This document shows, in pieces, positions 1 to 10,291 of a stretch of 64,000 nt of DNA. Numbering within the stretch: the first letter of the stretch is position 1; each line of letters opens with the position of its first letter. The stretch lies in the NCBI RefSeq assembly GCF_022846255.1, contig NZ_AP025682.1; one strand, given 5' to 3'. The notes beneath the pieces were generated by a model. The model was not told the DNA's origin and did not search any database. It saw only the letters and a program-made list of their open reading frames with translations. The position numbers were made by a program, and so were the translations under genes. This DNA is from Escherichia coli. Lineage in GTDB: Bacteria > Pseudomonadota > Gammaproteobacteria > Enterobacterales > Enterobacteriaceae.

Positions 1-587
1 TTTCTGTCCAGTTCTATTTCATTCCAGTTAGATAAAACAAATTTTTCGTCAAATAACGTAAAAGGTAATACTGCTGTCCAGCCAACAACATAACCATTCC
101 AACCATTCGTTTGACCATATTTAGCTGAGACGTAGTCACCAGATTGATTATGTAATCCAATATACGGTTTAAAAAAGCCCCACTCGCCGTTCCAGCCGAG
201 GTAACCGAATCCATAAAACATATCAAGATCGTCACCCCATGAGTTATCCCATTGGCCATAAATTTTGCCAAAGAATGTCATATCAGAGTCAAAGAGTCTG
301 ACATGCGTCATTGCTGAAACCGTATGATTTCTCCCTGCTACAGCATGATTGAGTACATTACTTTCATAAAATGAGTAAAATTCTGCTTCTTTAAAATTTA
401 CCCCAAAATCCGCAGTCACTTTCCATACTTCACCACGGTGAGTGTTTACAAATCCACTATTCCAGTCTGCATAACCCGCATTTATTGAACCAAAGGTTCC
501 TTTATATTCTAATGAAGAATATGCAGGAAAATGATAGATAGCTGTTATCAGGGTACACGCAATAAGAAGTCGTCTTTTGGCAGACAT
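1..587 (-). CDS. Partial CDS (N-terminal ~195 aa; 3' end lies beyond window start): putative outer-membrane beta-barrel channel, Tsx/OmpK-like
   Basis: Minus-strand ATG at 585-587 opens a frame that runs uninterrupted to position 1. N-terminus MSAKRRLLIACTLITAIYHFPAYS resembles a Sec signal peptide. Mature part is W/Y/G/N/D/F-rich with motifs EAEFYSFYES and GFGYLGWNGEWGFF, reminiscent of Tsx-family porins. AT-rich. Family assignment by eye only. Confidence 0.55.
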   Translation of the reverse strand, partial: MSAKRRLLIACTLITAIYHFPAYSSLEYKGTFGSINAGYADWNSGFVNTHRGEVWKVTADFGVNFKEAEFYSFYESNVLNHAVAGRNHTVSAMTHVRLFDSDMTFFGKIYGQWDNSWGDDLDMFYGFGYLGWNGEWGFFKPYIGLHNQSGDYVSAKYGQTNGWNGYVVGWTAVLPFTLFDEKFVLSNWNEIELDR

Positions 588-1098
588 ATAATATGTTCTC
601 CATTCATTGTTTTTATGATTCCATAGGAATTAATACACCAGACAATTCATTTTTATTAAGAATGACCAGGCCAGTATATTTAAAGATGACTATCGAAGCG
701 TGATGAAGATCGCAGATTACTTTTGCGAACGGGCGGAGAGATATCGTGTTTCAGAAAATGTGTCTGTTTTAAATATCACCCTTTGATTTATAGGCATTTT
801 TCATGATGAACTTAGCATTGACTGCTGAACGTATTTCTTTGTCTCTCTATAGTATTACACTAACCTTTAATAATTAATTTCCTTTAGCTATTCACTTTTG
901 ATAGAGGAAAACACCTTTTTTTGTGAATCCATGGATATTTTTAAGTTAAATAAATTGATGTATTGAAATATTATTCCGTAAAAATGCGAGGCGTCTTCAG
1001 AAAAAGAATTGATAAAACAGAAGTGAATTAAAAGCGCTGTATAATAGCGGCGGGTGCTTGAGGCTATCTGTCTCAGGCATTAGCTGAACGGCAGATAG

Positions 1099-1153
1099 AG
1101 AAAAGCCCCGAGTGATATTTTACCATCAACCCGAGGCCCCCTATATGCTGAAC
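1099..1153 (-). ncRNA. sokC: sokC-like antisense RNA of the hok/sok type I toxin-antitoxin locus (position inferred)
   Basis: Placed antisense to the mokC translation start by analogy with hok/mok/sok loci. Boundaries are not determined from the sequence itself. Confidence 0.4.
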
Positions 1154-1354
1154 ACATGTAGAGTGCCTCTTACTGACCGTAAGGTCAAGGAGAAGAGAGC
1201 AATGAAGCAGCATAAGGCGATGATTGTCGCCCTGATCGTCATCTGTATCACCGCCGTAGTGGCGGCGCTGGTAACGAGAAAAGACCTCTGTGAGGTTCAC
1301 ATCCGAACTGGCCAGACGGAGGTTGCTGTTTTCACGGCTTACGAATCCGAGTAA
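1145..1354 (+). CDS. mokC: MokC, overlapping leader/regulatory ORF of hokC
   Basis: ORF beginning MLNTCRVPLTDRKVKEKRA and reading through the hokC frame; same stop as hokC. Confidence 0.7.
   Translation: MLNTCRVPLTDRKVKEKRAMKQHKAMIVALIVICITAVVAALVTRKDLCEVHIRTGQTEVAVFTAYESE
1202..1354 (+). CDS. hokC: HokC (Gef) type I toxin, 50 aa small membrane peptide
   Basis: Translation MKQHKAMIVALIVICITAVVAALVTRKDLCEVHIRTGQTEVAVFTAYESE is recognised as the Hok/Gef family peptide. Confidence 0.9.
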   Translation: MKQHKAMIVALIVICITAVVAALVTRKDLCEVHIRTGQTEVAVFTAYESE

Positions 1355-1428
1355 GAGCAACGGCGGGGAGTGATCCCCGCCACTTTACAGGTGCTCGCAT
1401 ATCTTCAACGCACCCTGTTTTTTACCTG

Positions 1429-1450
1429 GCCTGCCCACGGGCAGGCTTTT
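1429..1450 (+). terminator. GC-rich hairpin followed by TTTT in the hokC-dnaJ intergenic region; candidate intrinsic terminator
   Basis: Inverted repeat gcctgccc acg ggcaggc followed by tttt. A second GC hairpin at 1362-1384 may serve the convergent dnaJ transcript. Confidence 0.4.
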
Positions 1451-1457
1451 GGGGAGG

Positions 1458-2588
1458 TTAGCGAGTCAGGTCGTCGAAAAACTTCTTCACACCATCAAAG
1501 AAGCTCTTTGAGCGCGGGCTGTTGTGCTCGCCGGTTGGGCCACCGAAGCTTTCTTGCAGCTCTTGCAGCAGCTGTTTCTGCTTCTCGTTCAGGCCTACCG
1601 GTGTTTCGACGACAACGCGGCACAGCAAATCACCCTGTGCGCCACCGCGGACAGACTTGACGCCTTTACCGCGCATACGGAACAGCTTACCGGTCTGGGT
1701 TTCGCCAGGCACTTTCAGTTTGACGCGACCATCAAGAGTCGGTACTTCGATTTCGCCACCCAGCGCCGCCATAGCGAAGTTGATCGGGACTTCGCAATAG
1801 AGGTTGTTGCCTTCACGCTCGAAAATCGGGTGCTGTTTAACCTGAACCTGAACGTACAGATCGCCTGCCGGTGCGCCATGCTCGCCCGCTTCACCTTCGC
1901 CCGCAAGACGGATGCGGTCTCCAGTGTCCACTCCTGCCGGGATTTTAACGGACAGCGTTTTGCTGCGCTCAACACGACCATGACCATGACATTTGTTGCA
2001 CGGATCTTTGATCAGCGTACCGCGGCCCTGACAGTGTGGACAGGTCTGCTGTACAGCGAAGAAGCCCTGACGCATCTGCACCTGACCAGAACCATGACAG
2101 GTCGGACAGGTCTGCGGCTGTGTACCTGGTTTTGCACCGCTACCGTGGCAAACGTCACACTCTTCCAGAGTCGGAATGCGGATCTCTTTGGTCACGCCAC
2201 GTACAGCTTCTTCGAGGGTGAGCTCCATGTTATAGCGTAAATCAGCACCGCGCGCCGCACGTTGACGACCACGTCCGCCGCCAAAAATATCGCCGAAAAC
2301 GTCACCAAAAATATCGCTGAAGTCTGCGCCGCCGCCAAAACCGCCGCCGCCCATGCCGCCTTGCTCAAACGCAGCATGACCATACTGATCGTATGCCGCA
2401 CGTTTTTGCGAGTCGGTCAGAACTTCATAAGCTTCCTTGATCTCTTTAAATTTCGCCTCGGCCTCTTTGTCACCCTGGTTACGGTCCGGGTGGTATTTCA
2501 TGGCCAGGCGTTTGTAGGCCTTTTTGATTTCACGCTCTTCCGCTGTTTTGGAAACGCCTAAAATCTCGTAATAATCTTGCTTAGCCAT
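1458..2588 (-). CDS. dnaJ: Chaperone DnaJ (Hsp40)
   Basis: 376 aa starting [12 protein letters not shown] with J-domain HPD motif, G/F-rich region and four CxxCxGxG zinc-finger repeats. The ORF-track start is an upstream alternative codon; I trimmed to the MAKQ start. Confidence 0.97.
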
Positions 2589-2676
2589 CTTTTTTGATTT
2601 GCCCCTAGATGAATGCACGGGCGGAGAGGAAATTCCCCTTCGCCCGTGTCAGTATAATTACCCGTTTATAGGGCGA

Positions 2677-4593
2677 TTATTTTTTGTCTTTGACTTCTTC
2701 AAATTCAGCGTCGACAACATCGTCATCTTTCGCGTTGTTTGCAGAAGCATCAGCACCGGCAGTCTGCTGCTGGGCATGTTGCTGCTGGGCGATTTCCATC
2801 AGTTTCTGGGAAACCTGTGCCAGTTCCTGCATTTTCGCTTCGATAGCGGCTTTGTCTTCACCTTTCAGAGCAGTTTCCAGTGCAGTCAGCGCAGACTCGA
2901 TAGCAGTTTTGTCGTCAGCCGGCAGTTTGTCGCCTGCTTCTTCAACCTGCTTACGGGTGCTGTGCAGCAGATGGTCGCCCTGGTTGCGAGTCTGTACCAG
3001 CTCTTCAAACTTACGGTCAGCTTCGGCGTTAGCTTCTGCGTCGCGTACCATTTTCTGGATTTCATCTTCGTTCAGACCAGAAGAAGCCTTGATAGTGATC
3101 TTCTGCTCTTTACCGCTGTTTTTGTCTTTCGCGGAAACGTGCAGGATACCGTCAGCATCGATATCGAAGGTAACTTCGATCTGCGGCATGCCGCGCGGTG
3201 CCGGGTTGATACCATCCAGGTTGAACTGACCCAGAGATTTGTTATCAGCCGCACGTTTACGTTCACCCTGCAGCACATGGATGGTTACCGCAGACTGGTT
3301 GTCTTCAGCGGTAGAGAACACCTGGCTGTGCTTGGTCGGGATAGTGGTGTTTTTCGCGATCAGCGTGGTCATCACACCGCCCATGGTTTCGATACCCAGA
3401 GACAGCGGGGTAACGTCCAGCAGCAGTACGTCTTTTACGTCACCAGTCAGAACACCACCCTGAACAGCAGCACCGATGGCTACAGCTTCGTCCGGGTTAA
3501 CATCTTTACGCGGCTCTTTACCAAAGAATTCAGCAACTTTCTTCTGAACCATTGGCATACGAGTCTGACCACCAACGAGGATAACGTCGTCGATATCAGA
3601 TACGGACAGGCCAGCGTCCTGCAGTGCAACTTTCAGCGGCTCAATGGAACGGTTTACCAGATCTTCAACCAGGCTTTCCAGTTTCGCACGAGTCACTTTG
3701 ATGTTCATGTGTTTCGGACCGGTCGCGTCTGCAGTGATGTACGGCAGGTTAACGTCGGTCTGCTGAGCGGAAGACAGTTCGATTTTCGCTTTTTCTGCCG
3801 CTTCTTTCAGGCGCTGCATTGCCAGCGGATCGTTGCGCAGGTCAATGCCCTGATCTTTCTTGAATTCTTCAACCAGATAGTTGATCAGACGACTGTCGAA
3901 GTCTTCACCACCCAGGTGGGTATCACCGTTGGTTGCCAGAACTTCGAAGGTTTTTTCGCCGTCAACTTCGTCGATTTCGATAATGGAAATATCGAAAGTA
4001 CCACCACCCAGGTCATAAACCGCGATAGTACGGTTGCCAGTACCTTTGTCCAGACCGTAAGCCAGCGCAGCTGCGGTCGGTTCGTTGATGATACGTTTTA
4101 CTTCCAGACCAGCGATACGGCCTGCGTCTTTGGTTGCCTGACGCTGAGCATCGTTAAAGTATGCCGGTACGGTAATAACAGCTTCAGTTACCGGTTCACC
4201 CAGGTAATCTTCAGCGGTTTTCTTCATTTTTTTCAGCACTTCAGCAGAGATCTGCGGCGGTGCCATTTTCTGGCCTTTAACTTCGACCCATGCGTCGCCG
4301 TTATCAGCAGCAATAATTTTGAACGGCATGATGGAAACATCACGCTGTACTTCTTCGTCCTGGAAGCGGCGGCCAATCAGGCGTTTAATCGCAAACAGGG
4401 TGTTTTGCGGGTTCGTCACTGCCTGACGTTTAGCCGGCTGACCAACCAGAGTTTCACCATCCTGGGTATAGGCAATGATAGAAGGCGTGGTGCGATCGCC
4501 TTCGGCGTTCTCCAGTACACGAGGAGTGGTGCCATCCATAATCGCTACACAAGAGTTGGTAGTACCCAGGTCGATACCAATTATTTTACCCAT
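2677..4593 (-). CDS. dnaK: Chaperone DnaK (Hsp70)
   Basis: 638 aa starting [17 protein letters not shown] with Hsp70 signatures; immediately upstream of dnaJ. Confidence 0.98.
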
Positions 4594-4639
4594 CTAAACG
4601 TCTCCACTATATATTCGGTCATCATGTGGTTGTGAGTCT

Positions 4640-4750
4640 GTAATAGGGGCGAAACGTCTGGTTTCAACTGCCCAATTTCATTTTTTTGCAGACTCACTCA
4701 CTGCGGTTGACTACTAAATGGGGTCGTAACCCACGTCATCAAGGGGGAGA
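4640..4750 (-). promoter_or_regulatory. dnaK heat-shock (sigma-32) promoter region, P1 and P2
   Basis: Minus strand carries CCCCCTTGATGA...CCCCATTTA and TTGAAA...CCCCTATTA elements upstream of dnaK, matching the sigma-32 consensus (CTTGAAA / CCCCATnT). Confidence 0.6.
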
Positions 4751-4964
4751 TGCAAAAATTTTTTGTGCTTTTGCGCAGAAATTTCGCGATATGGCAGGAC
4801 AAGACGTGAAACTGACGGCAATTTTATTCATATAAAGAATGAATCGCAGCCAAGGCATTCATCAAAAAATTGTAATAAAAAGAAAATATTACGTGCCTGA
4901 AACTTCTCTTTATCAGCAGTAAACTAGTTTCATCCCCCTACCCCTCCCCACCAAGAGAATCCTT

Positions 4965-5369
4965 ATGAAATCCGTTATTACGATTTCCGCCAGCCTGGCG
5001 ATTAGCCTGATGCTGTGCTGCACGGCGCAGGCAAACGACCATAAAATCCTCGGCGTCATTGCAATGCCGCGAAACGAAACCAACGATCTGGCGCTGAAAC
5101 TTCCTGTTTGTCGCATTGTTAAACGCATACAACTCTCAGCCGACCATGGCGATTTGCAGTTAAGCGGTGCATCGATTTATTTCAAAGCCACCCGAAGCGC
5201 CAGTCAGACCCTGAATATTCCTTCAGAAATAAAAGAAGGGCAAACCACTGACTGGATCAACATTAACAGCGATAACGACAACAAACGCTGCGTCTCAAAA
5301 ATCACCTTTTCCGGTCATACAGTGAACTCATCGGATATGACCACGCTGAAAATTATCGGCGACGACTAA
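4965..5369 (+). CDS. yaaI: Secreted DUF2541-family protein YaaI
   Basis: 134 aa with N-terminal signal peptide [23 protein letters not shown]; K-12 position between dnaK and yaaW. Confidence 0.85.
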   Translation: MKSVITISASLAISLMLCCTAQANDHKILGVIAMPRNETNDLALKLPVCRIVKRIQLSADHGDLQLSGASIYFKATRSASQTLNIPSEIKEGQTTDWININSDNDNKRCVSKITFSGHTVNSSDMTTLKIIGDD

Positions 5370-5394
5370 CGCCAGAATATAGAAACCACAAAAA

Positions 5395-6108
5395 ATGAAT
5401 GTTAATTACCTGAATGATTCAGATCTGGATTTTCTCCAGCATTGTAGTGAGGAACAGTTGGCAAATTTCGCCCGGCTGCTCACCCATAATGAAAAAGGCA
5501 AAACTCGCCTCTCCAGCGTACTGATGCGCAACGAACTGTTTAAATCGATGGAAGGACATCCCGAGCGACACCGCCGCAACTGGCAGCTGATTGCCGGAGA
5601 ATTACAGCATTTTGGTGGCGATAGTATCGCCAACAAACTGCGCGGACACGGTAAATTGTATCGCGCCATTTTGCTCGATGTTTCAAAGCGATTGAAGCTG
5701 AAAGCCGACAAAGAGATGTCTACGTTTGAAATTGAGCAACAGTTACTGGAACAATTTCTGCGTAATACCTGGAAGAAAATGGACGAGGAACATAAGCAGG
5801 AGTTTCTGCACGCGGTCGATGCCAGGGTGAATGAGCTGGAAGAGCTGCTGCCGCTGCTGATGAAAGACAAATTATTGGCAAAAGGTGTGTCGCATTTGCT
5901 TTCCAGCCAATTGACCCGCATTTTACGCACCCACGCAGCAATGAGCGTGCTTGGGCATGGTTTGCTGCGCGGCGCGGGTCTGGGAGGCCCTGTGGGCGCA
6001 GCATTAAATGGGGTTAAAGCGGTCAGCGGCAGTGCCTATCGCGTGACAATTCCAGCCGTACTGCAAATCGCCTGCCTGCGCCGGATGGTTAGCGCCACTC
6101 AGGTCTGA
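5395..6108 (+). CDS. yaaW: UPF0174 family protein YaaW
   Basis: 237 aa ORF, syntenic with K-12 yaaW. Confidence 0.85.
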   Translation: MNVNYLNDSDLDFLQHCSEEQLANFARLLTHNEKGKTRLSSVLMRNELFKSMEGHPERHRRNWQLIAGELQHFGGDSIANKLRGHGKLYRAILLDVSKRLKLKADKEMSTFEIEQQLLEQFLRNTWKKMDEEHKQEFLHAVDARVNELEELLPLLMKDKLLAKGVSHLLSSQLTRILRTHAAMSVLGHGLLRGAGLGGPVGAALNGVKAVSGSAYRVTIPAVLQIACLRRMVSATQV

Positions 6109-6256
6109 TACCGGAAACCGGGGAAAATTTTCATTTTCCCCTCAAAAGATCGTAGACACTGCCCCACTGGCTGATTATTATGCCGCGCCCTGAAAACACT
6201 ACAGTTATTCAGGGAAATTATTTCACCATTCATTCGATGATGATTTTTGAGGAATT

Positions 6257-6823
6257 ATGGGCAACACTAAGTTGGCTAATCCGGCACCGCTGGGCCTGAT
6301 GGGCTTCGGCATGACCACCATTCTGCTTAACCTGCACAACGTGGGTTATTTTGCTCTGGACGGTATTATTCTTGCCATGGGCATTTTCTACGGCGGCATC
6401 GCGCAAATTTTTGCCGGTCTGCTGGAGTACAAAAAAGGCAACACTTTCGGTTTAACCGCATTCACCTCTTACGGTTCTTTCTGGCTGACGCTGGTTGCAA
6501 TTCTGCTGATGCCGAAACTGGGGCTGACCGATGCGCCAAATGCCCAGTTCCTTGGTGTCTACCTGGGTCTGTGGGGCGTATTTACGCTGTTTATGTTCTT
6601 CGGCACGCTGAAAGGCGCACGCGTTCTGCAATTCGTTTTCTTTAGCCTGACCGTGCTGTTTGCCCTGCTGGCGATCGGTAACATTGCCGGTAACGCCGCG
6701 ATCATCCACTTTGCCGGCTGGATTGGTCTTATCTGCGGTGCCAGTGCAATCTATCTGGCGATGGGTGAAGTGCTGAACGAGCAGTTTGGTCGCACCGTTC
6801 TGCCGATTGGTGAGTCTCACTAA
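6257..6823 (+). CDS. satP: Acetate/succinate:H+ symporter SatP (YaaH)
   Basis: 188 aa hydrophobic protein starting MGNTKLANPAPLGLMGFG, GPR1/FUN34/YaaH family. Confidence 0.9.
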   Translation: MGNTKLANPAPLGLMGFGMTTILLNLHNVGYFALDGIILAMGIFYGGIAQIFAGLLEYKKGNTFGLTAFTSYGSFWLTLVAILLMPKLGLTDAPNAQFLGVYLGLWGVFTLFMFFGTLKGARVLQFVFFSLTVLFALLAIGNIAGNAAIIHFAGWIGLICGASAIYLAMGEVLNEQFGRTVLPIGESH

Positions 6824-6830
6824 TTGTTTT

Positions 6831-6860
6831 GAGATCCCCCCGCTCGGGGGGATTTTTTTA
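6831..6860. terminator. Bidirectional intrinsic terminator between convergent satP and mog
   Basis: Perfect hairpin atccccccgctcggggggat followed by a T-run, flanked by A/T on both sides. Confidence 0.8.
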
Positions 6861-7445
6861 TTCGCTAACTTCGCGTCTTGCACTCTTCGGTCTGAATGCA
6901 GCAACCACTTCCGGTGCCGTTTCAACGTATGGCCCTTCCAGCAACTGAATGCAGTACGGTACGCTGGCAAAAATACCGTGCACCACAACGTTACCCTCAG
7001 CGTCCTTCACACCTTCCAGCGTCTCTTTAATAGACTTCGGTTGACCGGGTAAGTTAAGGATCAGCGCCTGTTTGCGAATCACCCCCACCTGACGCGAAAG
7101 GATCGCAGTTGGTACAAAATGCAGGCTGATCTGGCGCATCTGTTCACCAAAGCCTGGCATCTCGCGGTCCGCTACTGCCAGCGTCGCATCGGGCGTTACG
7201 TCACGACGCGCCGGGCCAGTTCCGCCCGTGGTGAGCACCAGATGGCAACTCATTTCATCCACCAGCTCACACAACGTTTGCTCGATGATCGCCTGCTCAT
7301 CGGGGATTAAGCGGGTTTCCAGTTCAAACGGCGTGGTTAGCGCCGATGTCAGCCATTCTTCCAGCGCAGGGATGCCTTTATCCTGATAAACGCCGCTGGA
7401 TGCGCGATCAGAGATGGAAACTAAGCCAATACGTAAAGTATTCAT
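6858..7445 (-). CDS. mog: Molybdopterin adenylyltransferase Mog
   Basis: 195 aa starting MNTLRIGLVSISDRAS; ORF-track start trimmed by one codon. Confidence 0.9.
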   Translation of the reverse strand: MNTLRIGLVSISDRASSGVYQDKGIPALEEWLTSALTTPFELETRLIPDEQAIIEQTLCELVDEMSCHLVLTTGGTGPARRDVTPDATLAVADREMPGFGEQMRQISLHFVPTAILSRQVGVIRKQALILNLPGQPKSIKETLEGVKDAEGNVVVHGIFASVPYCIQLLEGPYVETAPEVVAAFRPKSARREVSE

Positions 7446-7559
7446 CAAGATTTTTCCGTTTAAACAGTCTCGTTAAACAGAATGATACACTGCGAAGGGA
7501 GTGACAGACAGGTTTCAGAAGAGGTAGCGTGACCGACTTCCCGGTCACGCTAAGAATGA

Positions 7560-8513
7560 TTACAGCAGATCGCCGATCATTTTTTCCAGTTTTTCCTGGT
7601 CAACAGCAAACTTACGGATACCTTCCGCCAGTTTATCTACTGCCATTGGATCCTGGTTGTGCTGCCACAGGAACTCGGACTCAGTGATACGCGCCGGACG
7701 CGCTTTCACTTCACCAGTGTAAGACAGTTTACGTTCGATAGCCCCTTCGCTCTCCGCCAGCTCTTTCAGCAGTGCCGGTGCGATGGTCAGACGGTCGCAG
7801 CCTGCCAGTTCCAGAATTTCGCCGATGTTACGGAAGCTTGCGCCCATAACCACGGTTTCATAACCATGCTCTTTGTAGTACTGGTAGATTTCAGATACAG
7901 AAACCACGCCCGGATCTTCTGCCGGAGCGTACTCTTTCTTATCGGTATTCGCTTTGTACCAGTCAAGAATACGGCCAACAAACGGCGAGATCAGGAACAC
8001 GCCCGCTTCCGCACAAGCACGAGCCTGAGCGAAGGAGAACAGCAGGGTCAGGTTACAGTTGATGCCTTCTTTTTCCAGCTGTTCCGCAGCACGGATACCC
8101 TGCCAGGTAGAAGCCAGTTTGATCAGAATACGATCGTTGCTAATACCTGCATCGTTGTAGAGTTTGATCAGGCGTTTTGCTTTCGCAATTGACGCTTCGG
8201 TGTCATAGGAAAGACGCGCATCAACTTCAGTTGAGATACGGCCCGGAACCAGTTTCAGGATTTCCAGACCAATATTTACGGCCAGTTTGTCGGTCGCGTC
8301 CACGATCTGCTGCGCGCGATCGTTGCTCTGCTGTTTCGCCCAGGCGACAGCATCATCAATCAACTTACGGTATTCCGGAATCTGCGCTGCGTTAAGAATG
8401 AGAGAAGGGTTGGTTGTGGCATCCTGCGGTTGATACAGCTTCATTGCCGCGATGTCCCCAGTGTCGGCCACTACGGTGGTGTACTGACGAAGGGAGGTCA
8501 ATTTGTCCGTCAT
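7560..8513 (-). CDS. talB: Transaldolase B
   Basis: 317 aa starting [20 protein letters not shown]; ORF-track start trimmed to the internal Met. Confidence 0.95.
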
Positions 8514-8791
8514 GATAGTATTTCTCTTTAAACAGCTTGTTAGGGGGATGTAACCGGTCTGCCCTGATGATATCACGACGCAACGTCAGCGCAACCGCCG
8601 ACAAGACGGTTATCGCCAGGCGAGACTGTTTCGGATTTCTGACACTGCGTTGATATCGCCCGCCATTTTTATACAAAACCTCATGTATGCTACGCAGAAG
8701 TTATCAAGTACCTCGTAGCGTATATACTTCTTAAACAATTGGTAACGTTTACACAGGAAAGTCATCGCGACCGGCAATAAGAGGGATATGC

Positions 8792-10222
8792 ATGCCAGAT
8801 TTTTTCTCCTTTATTAACAGCGTCCTTTGGGGATCGGTAATGATTTACCTGCTCTTCGGCGCAGGTTGTTGGTTCACTTTTCGCACCGGATTTGTGCAGT
8901 TTCGCTACATCCGCCAGTTTGGCAAAAGTCTTAAAAATAGCATTCATCCACAGCCAGGCGGTTTAACCTCATTTCAGTCATTGTGTACCAGTCTTGCAGC
9001 GCGCGTGGGTAGCGGCAACCTGGCCGGCGTTGCGCTGGCAATTACCGCCGGTGGACCTGGAGCCGTCTTCTGGATGTGGGTTGCCGCATTTATCGGCATG
9101 GCGACCTCGTTTGCCGAATGTTCCCTCGCACAGCTTTATAAAGAACGTGATGCCAATGGGCAGTTTCGTGGCGGACCGGCATGGTATATGGCGCGCGGGC
9201 TGGGGATGCGCTGGATGGGCGTTCTGTTCGCCGTCTTTTTGCTCATCGCCTACGCCATAATTTTCAGCGGAGTTCAGGCGAACGCCGTTGCGCGAGCTCT
9301 GAGTTTTTCTTTTGATTTTCCCCCGCTGGTAACAGGTATTATTCTCGCTGTCTTTGCTCTGCTGGCGATCACTCGCGGTCTTCATGGCGTCGCCCGGCTC
9401 ATGCAGGGGTTTGTCCCGTTGATGGCGATAATCTGGGTACTGACCTGCCTGGTGATTTGCGTAATGAATATCGGGCAACTTCCCCACGTCATTTGGTCTA
9501 TTTTTGAGAGTGCTTTTGGCTGGCAGGAAGCTGCAGGCGGCGCGGCGGGATATACCTTAAGCCAGGCGATTACTAACGGTTTTCAGCGCAGTATGTTTTC
9601 CAATGAGGCGGGAATGGGGTCGACGCCAAACGCGGCAGCGGCAGCTGCGTCCTGGCCTCCGCATCCGGCAGCGCAAGGAATTGTCCAGATGATTGGCATT
9701 TTTATCGACACCCTGGTCATCTGCACGGCAAGCGCCATGCTGATATTACTGGCGGGTAACGGCACAACCTACATGCCGCTGGAAGGTATTCAGCTTATCC
9801 AGAAGGCGATGCGGGTGCTAATGGGTTCCTGGGGTGCGGAGTTTGTTACCCTCGTGGTTATTCTGTTTGCCTTCAGCTCCATCGTTGCCAACTACATTTA
9901 TGCCGAAAACAATCTCTTCTTTTTACGCCTGAACAACCCTAAAGCGATCTGGTGTCTGCGGATCTGCACCTTCGCAACGGTCATCGGCGGCACCTTGCTA
10001 AGTTTTCCGCTGATGTGGCAACTGGCAGATATCATTATGGCCTGCATGGCTATTACCAATTTGACCGCCATATTACTGCTCTCGCCTGTGGTTCATACCA
10101 TTGCCAGTGATTATCTACGCCAGCGTAAACTCGGCGTGCGCCCGGTGTTTGATCCGTTGCGTTATCCGGAGATCGGTCGCCAGCTTTCTCCAGACGCGTG
10201 GGATGATGTTTCGCAGGAGTAA
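8792..10222 (+). CDS. yaaJ: Sodium:alanine symporter family transporter YaaJ
   Basis: 476 aa polytopic membrane protein, syntenic with K-12. Confidence 0.9.
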   Translation: MPDFFSFINSVLWGSVMIYLLFGAGCWFTFRTGFVQFRYIRQFGKSLKNSIHPQPGGLTSFQSLCTSLAARVGSGNLAGVALAITAGGPGAVFWMWVAAFIGMATSFAECSLAQLYKERDANGQFRGGPAWYMARGLGMRWMGVLFAVFLLIAYAIIFSGVQANAVARALSFSFDFPPLVTGIILAVFALLAITRGLHGVARLMQGFVPLMAIIWVLTCLVICVMNIGQLPHVIWSIFESAFGWQEAAGGAAGYTLSQAITNGFQRSMFSNEAGMGSTPNAAAAAASWPPHPAAQGIVQMIGIFIDTLVICTASAMLILLAGNGTTYMPLEGIQLIQKAMRVLMGSWGAEFVTLVVILFAFSSIVANYIYAENNLFFLRLNNPKAIWCLRICTFATVIGGTLLSFPLMWQLADIIMACMAITNLTAILLLSPVVHTIASDYLRQRKLGVRPVFDPLRYPEIGRQLSPDAWDDVSQE

Positions 10223-10291
10223 TCACAACTATCGATCAACTCATTCTCTTTTTTTGCTAAAGTCGGCATAAATTTCCTGCAAGGACTGGAT

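Noticed and set aside
2599-4635. 678-aa plus-strand ORF spanning the whole dnaK region, and similar long antisense ORFs (1524-2240 opposite dnaJ, 46752-48242 opposite prfC, 36902-37765 opposite deoB, 39523-40299 opposite deoC, 59478-60032 inside opgB)
   Set aside because: They lie exactly antisense to strongly recognisable conserved genes and their translations are low-complexity with no recognisable domains. They are shadow ORFs from the codon bias of the true gene.
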